This document shows, one piece after another, positions 59,864 to 64,000 of a stretch of 64,000 nucleotides of DNA. The notes under the pieces were generated by a model, which searched no databases, had not been told where the DNA came from, and saw nothing but the letters and a program-made list of their open reading frames with translations. The translations under genes were made by a program, and so were the position numbers. Position 1 is the stretch's first letter. Every line of letters begins with the position of its first letter. Source of the stretch: Pyrinomonadaceae bacterium (GTDB lineage: Bacteria; Acidobacteriota; Blastocatellia; Pyrinomonadales; Pyrinomonadaceae); contig DATFHD010000100.1 in the NCBI GenBank assembly GCA_035248785.1, positions 328-64,327 of the forward strand, written 5' to 3'.

Positions 59864-61531
59864 TCACTCAACTTCGCCACGCAGCATGGGAATCTTCAAG
59901 CCCTTCTCGCGCGCGGTCTGCTCGGCCTCTTCGTAGCCGGCGTCCACGTGGCGCGCGACGCCGAGGCCGGGGTCGTTGGTGAGGACGCGGTTGAGGCGGC
60001 GTGCGGCTTCCGGCGTGCCGTCGGCGACCGAGACCTGTCCGGCGTGGAGCGAGTAGCCGATGCCGACTCCGCCGCCGTGGTGGAAGGAGACCCAAGAGGC
60101 GCCGCTCGCGGTATTGAGGAGCGCGTTCAAGATAGGCCAGTCGGCGACGGCGTCCGTGCCGTCGCGCATCGCTTCGGTCTCGCGGAAGGGCGAGGCGACC
60201 GAGCCGGTGTCGAGGTGGTCGCGGCCGATGGCGACGGGCGCTTGCAACTCGCCGCGCCGGACGAGGTCGTTCATCGCCTCGCCCATCTCTGCACGCTCGC
60301 CGTAGCCGAGCCAGCAGATGCGCGCGGGCAAGCCTTGGAACTGCACGCGCTCGCGGGCGAGCCGCATCCATCGTTCGAGCGTTCGGTCTTCGGGGAAGAG
60401 TTCGAGCGCGAGATCGTCGGTGCGCCGTATGTCGCTGGCCTCGCCCGAGAGCGCGACCCAGCGGAAGGGGCCTTTGCCTTCGCAGAAGAGCGGGCGGATG
60501 TATTCGGGGACGAAGCCGGGAATCTCGAAGGCGTCCGAGACGCCCGCGTCGAAAGCCTGCTTGCGTATGTTGTTGCCGTAGTCGAAGGCGACGGCGCCCG
60601 CGCGCTGCAAAGCGAGCATCGCCTCGACGTGCCGCGCCATAGACTGCATGGAACGCTCGACGTACCCTCGCGGGTCGTTACGTCTCAGCTCGTCGGCTTC
60701 TTCGAGAGAGAGCCCGGCGGGCACGTAGCCGTTCAGTGGGTCGTGCGCGCTCGTCTGGTCTGTCACTGCGTCAACCTTTACGCCGCGCTTCACAATCTCA
60801 GGCAGAACCTCCGCGCAGTTGCCGACCAGCCCGACCGAGACGGCGCGCTTCTGCTCGACGGCGTCCTCGCAGATGCGCAGCGCCTCGTCTAAATCCAGAG
60901 CGAGCCGGTCGCAGTAGCCCGTGCGGATTCGCTTCTCGATGCGCTCGCGCTCGACCTCGACGCCGAGGAAGACCGCGCCGTTCAGAGTCGCCGCCAAGGG
61001 CTGCGCGCCGCCCATGCCGCCCATGCCGCCCGAGAGGACGAGGCGCCCCGCGAGGTCTCCATCAAAATGCCTGTCGGCCATCGCGGCGAAGGTCTCGAAC
61101 GTGCCCTGCACGATGCCCTGCGAGCCGATGTATATCCAAGAGCCGGCCGTCATCTGCCCGTACATCATCAGGCCGCGCCGTTCGAGCTCGTGGAAGTGCT
61201 CCCAGTTGGCCCACGCGCCGACGAGGTTCGAGTTGGCGATGAGCACGCGCGGCGCCGCGTCGTGCGTGCGGAAGACGGCGACGGGCTTCCCCGACTGCAC
61301 GAGCAGCGTCTCGTCGTTCTCAAGCCGCGTCAGCTCGCGCACGATGGCGTCGAACGAGCGCCAGTCGCGCGCGGCCTTGCCCGTTCCGCCGTAGACGACC
61401 AACTCGTCGGGGCGCTCGGCCACTTCGGGGTCGAGGTTGTTCATCAGGCAACGCAGCGCCGCCTCCTGATGCCAGCCCTTGCAGTTCAACTTCGGCCCGC
61501 GCGGCGCGCGGATTATTCTTTGCGTGTGCAT
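59864..61531 (-). CDS. hutU: Urocanate hydratase
   Basis: [51 protein letters not shown]...[14 protein letters not shown]...[18 protein letters not shown]. Confidence 0.95.
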   Translation of the reverse strand: MHTQRIIRAPRGPKLNCKGWHQEAALRCLMNNLDPEVAERPDELVVYGGTGKAARDWRSFDAIVRELTRLENDETLLVQSGKPVAVFRTHDAAPRVLIANSNLVGAWANWEHFHELERRGLMMYGQMTAGSWIYIGSQGIVQGTFETFAAMADRHFDGDLAGRLVLSGGMGGMGGAQPLAATLNGAVFLGVEVERERIEKRIRTGYCDRLALDLDEALRICEDAVEQKRAVSVGLVGNCAEVLPEIVKRGVKVDAVTDQTSAHDPLNGYVPAGLSLEEADELRRNDPRGYVERSMQSMARHVEAMLALQRAGAVAFDYGNNIRKQAFDAGVSDAFEIPGFVPEYIRPLFCEGKGPFRWVALSGEASDIRRTDDLALELFPEDRTLERWMRLARERVQFQGLPARICWLGYGERAEMGEAMNDLVRRGELQAPVAIGRDHLDTGSVASPFRETEAMRDGTDAVADWPILNALLNTASGASWVSFHHGGGVGIGYSLHAGQVSVADGTPEAARRLNRVLTNDPGLGVARHVDAGYEEAEQTAREKGLKIPMLRGEVE

Positions 61532-61600
61532 AAGACAGCCGTTGAATGTCGGTAAAGACCGATGAGAAGTTTTACGCCCGCCACGCCGCGAATTTAAGTC

Positions 61601-62680
61601 CTAGCGCACGAGCCGCAAAGCCGGCGCCGCCGCCATGAATAAAAGAAACAGCACTAATAGTATCAGGGCGGCTCTCCTCAGAGTCAGGAAGCCCATGAAG
61701 GCAAGTATCGCCGTATTGAATCTACCGACCTTGACGCCTTGTCCGGCGATTAAGGAACGTAGTGCTATCTGCATCTCCTGAATGGAGTCCTTCCTGAATA
61801 CGTTTGCCGCCCACGCGCTGGTACCGGCGAATCTGGGCGTTCCGTCCGTTTCAAAACGCAGGAAGTATGCGTCACCGCCGTACCCCAGTACAGGCCGTTT
61901 TAATAAACTCTCCAAAAGCGCCTGCACTTCAAGGCGACCATCAACCCGTATGTGCGCTGCCGGAGTGAAAATAGTCTGCGGCCGGTCTTCCGGTAAGTAG
62001 CGGTAGTTAATGAAGTGAAAAATCACCTTTTCGTGGTCTACGAGTTCCAGAGCGCGCTTGATTTCCCAGACTAAGCCGTCACTCAAGAACTCGCCGTTTA
62101 TAATAATCAGCCGAGCTTCAGCCATCAGACCTTCCACGAAAGTCTGCCAGTCCACGTCCTCTCGCAGGTAAAAACGGGCCGCCCCCAAGACCGCGGTTCG
62201 ATCCGCCGGGTTCCCGACGGCTATCAGCGGCCCGACGTCCCTGACGCCGGAGCTTATCAACTCCTCTACCGTCTTCCGGCTATCGCCTAACTCCCCTTCG
62301 GCCGCCTCCCTGAAAGAGCGCAGATAAAGGACAGGTGGGAGGTGGGTAGAAGAAAGCACCTCCCGGGCGTCGGCCACCGTGGAATAGCTCCTGCCCTGCC
62401 TCCTCAGGCTCCCTGACAGATTCTTCACGACCGCGGCGCCGAAGGGGATGGCCACCATCAGAAACAATGACAGGAGGACGCGGACGACCCGGGGCAGTCC
62501 CGCTTCCCCTACAATGCTCGGCAGTATTTGAGAGAGTACGCAGGAGAAGGGGATTAGTAACAACCCGAATAAGCTTAACAGCAAGCCCACGACGGGGCGG
62601 CGCGCGAACCTCCGCTCGCTGACATTACCTTGTTGTGAAGCCGGGGCAGGCATTCTGGCGTGCGCTTTCACCAACGGCAA
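61601..62680 (-). CDS. Membrane protein with two N-terminal and one or two C-terminal transmembrane segments around a Rossmann/TIR-like soluble core (function unknown)
   Basis: Transmembrane segments VVGLLLSLFGLLLIPFSCVL, VVRVLLSLFLMVAIPFGAAVV and ILAFMGFLTL..ILLVLFLLFMAAAPAL. The core contains PPVLYLRSFREA, PLIAVGNPADR and ARLIIINGEFLSDGLVWEIKRAL. Lower-GC DNA. Confidence 0.6.
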   Translation of the reverse strand: MPLVKAHARMPAPASQQGNVSERRFARRPVVGLLLSLFGLLLIPFSCVLSQILPSIVGEAGLPRVVRVLLSLFLMVAIPFGAAVVKNLSGSLRRQGRSYSTVADAREVLSSTHLPPVLYLRSFREAAEGELGDSRKTVEELISSGVRDVGPLIAVGNPADRTAVLGAARFYLREDVDWQTFVEGLMAEARLIIINGEFLSDGLVWEIKRALELVDHEKVIFHFINYRYLPEDRPQTIFTPAAHIRVDGRLEVQALLESLLKRPVLGYGGDAYFLRFETDGTPRFAGTSAWAANVFRKDSIQEMQIALRSLIAGQGVKVGRFNTAILAFMGFLTLRRAALILLVLFLLFMAAAPALRLVR

Positions 62681-62697
62681 CGTCCTCGCCCTGACGC

Positions 62698-63483
62698 TTA
62701 GCTACCCCTCTTCTCCTGTATGCCGCGGACGACCTTCGTCACCACCCCGCGCGGCATCATGCCGACGGCGCGCGCGACGAGGGCGTTGCGGAAGCCGGGG
62801 ATGACGAGGGTCTTGCCCGCGAGCATTCCACGGTAGCCGGCCTCGGCGACTTCGCGCGCGGTCATCGCGCCGCGGTCGAAGAGCTTCGACTGCTCCATCC
62901 CCGCGGCGGCGACGAAGCCCGTCTCGGTCGGGCCGGGGCAGAGCGCAGAGATACGGACGCCCGTGCCCTCGCACTCGTTCGCCAGCGCCTCGGAGAGCGA
63001 GAGGACGTAAGCCTTCGACGCGTAGTAGACGGCCATCAGGGGCCCCGGCTGGAAGGCGGCGGTCGAGGCGACGTTCATCACGAAGCCGCGCCGACGCGCG
63101 AGCATGCCGGGCAGGAAGAGTTTCGAGAGGTGCGTGAGCGCGACGACGTTGACTTGCAGCAGTTCCAACTCGGACTTCAAATCGGTCTCGGCGAAGAGGC
63201 CGTAGCTGCCGAAGCCCGCGTTGTTGACGAGCGCGTCAACGACTACGCCCGCGCCGTTTAACTCTTCAAAAATTTCCCGCGGCGCCTCGGGGCGCGCGAG
63301 GTCTGAAGCGAGGACGCGCGCCGCGACTTTGTGCTTCCCCTCCAACTCTTCGGCGAGTCGCGCGAGCTTGTCGCGGCTGCGCGCGACGAGGACGAGGTCG
63401 TGCCCGTCGGCCGCGAACAGCCGCGCCAACTCCTCGCCGATGCCGCCCGACGCGCCCGTGACGAGCGCCGTCATCTTCTTCAT
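62698..63483 (-). CDS. Short-chain dehydrogenase/reductase
   Basis: ALVTGASGGIGEELARLFA (TGxxxGxG), NNAG, and YYASKAYV (YxxxK). Confidence 0.9.
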   Translation of the reverse strand: MKKMTALVTGASGGIGEELARLFAADGHDLVLVARSRDKLARLAEELEGKHKVAARVLASDLARPEAPREIFEELNGAGVVVDALVNNAGFGSYGLFAETDLKSELELLQVNVVALTHLSKLFLPGMLARRRGFVMNVASTAAFQPGPLMAVYYASKAYVLSLSEALANECEGTGVRISALCPGPTETGFVAAAGMEQSKLFDRGAMTAREVAEAGYRGMLAGKTLVIPGFRNALVARAVGMMPRGVVTKVVRGIQEKRGS

Positions 63484-63571
63484 AGCTGTTGGCTGTTAGC
63501 TGTTGGCTGTTGGCTGTTGGCTGTTGGCCGTGAGCTGAAAGCCAACAGCCAACAGCCAACAGCTAACAGCT
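63484..63571. repeat. Heptad-repeat hairpin (GGCTGTT repeats)
   Basis: AGCTGTTGGCTGTTAGCTGTTGGCTGTTGGCTGTTGGCTGTTGGC / loop CGTGAGCTGAAA / GCCAACAGCCAACAGCCAACAGCTAACAGCT. The left arm is two heptads longer. Confidence 0.9.
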
Positions 63572-63887
63572 ACTCATTCGTCCTGCCCGGCCAGAAGGCG
63601 TGGAGCCAGCGGCTGGCCGAACTCTCCTGACTGATGATGTGTTCGAGCTCGCCCGCGTCGAGCCAGATGCCGCCGCAGGTGTCGCAGCGGTTGATGCTCA
63701 CCTCGTCGTAAGAGTCCTCGTGGAGCTTGCCCGTGCAGCGCGGGCAGGGCATCGTGACGGGGCCGAGGTCGCGCGTGCGCGCGTCCTCGCGTATGGCCTC
63801 GCGCAGGCGTTCCAGCGACTCCTTGTCGCGGCGGCGGAAGTACTCCTCTTCGAGCCCGCGGCGGCGTTCGTCGAAAATGTCTGACAC
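63570..63887 (-). CDS. Zinc-ribbon (zf-TFIIB-like) domain protein
   Basis: CPRCTGKL...INRCDTCGGIWLDAGELEHI. Confidence 0.75.
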   Translation of the reverse strand: MSDIFDERRRGLEEEYFRRRDKESLERLREAIREDARTRDLGPVTMPCPRCTGKLHEDSYDEVSINRCDTCGGIWLDAGELEHIISQESSASRWLHAFWPGRTNE

Positions 63888-64000
63888 AGTGCTTGTTCCT
63901 CCTGATGCGTTCGCCCGAGACGCCGCGGGGGAACCGGGCGACAGTCTGCGGCGTTGTGATGGCTGGTGACGGCGTATGTAATAGCAGAAAAGGCGGCGCG

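Overview
This is a GC-rich (about mid-60s % by eye), gene-dense bacterial chromosomal segment with roughly 60 protein genes, two tRNA-Ser genes, no rRNA and no CRISPR array. No taxon is assigned. Most of it is ordinary housekeeping and metabolism. That backbone includes a UvrD/PcrA helicase running off the left edge (absent from the ORF track), recR, ybaB, gltX, hutI with an APC permease, hutU, modA, chrA, fadD with a TetR regulator, and an MscS channel. It also includes an arsR-arsN/arsM arsenic locus, a hybrid histidine kinase with a CheY-like regulator, a Ser/Thr kinase, and various hydrolases and oxidoreductases.

Three accessory, immunity-like genes stand out:
- A pentapeptide-repeat::TIR fusion (13900-14976) sits 20 nt behind a second UvrD-family helicase.
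- A 1014-aa DUF4062-like::NB-ARC::TPR STAND NTPase (28989-32033) lies next to tRNA-Ser(GCU).
- A lower-GC membrane protein with a TIR/Rossmann-like core (61601-62680) sits between hutU and an SDR gene.

Non-coding structure is unusually rich:
- An IS200-like Y1 (RAYT-type) transposase is framed by inverted hairpin modules (42704-43414). A transposase-less, MITE-like copy of the same ends lies at 6079-6407.
- At least 11 intergenic stem-loops have arms built from tandem 7-nt (once 8-nt) repeats. The repeat sequence differs between loci but the architecture is the same.
- A promoter-to-terminator structured RNA lies upstream of modA and carries a 15-nt perfect complement of the 16S 3' tail.
- A possible RNA displays repeated UUYGGGGRA loops.
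- Twin perfect 15-bp palindromes sit exactly 30 bp apart.

All calls rest on reading the sequence and translations by eye; no database searches were run. Long Arg/Ala/Pro-rich ORFs antisense to recognisable genes were treated as GC-driven shadow ORFs.
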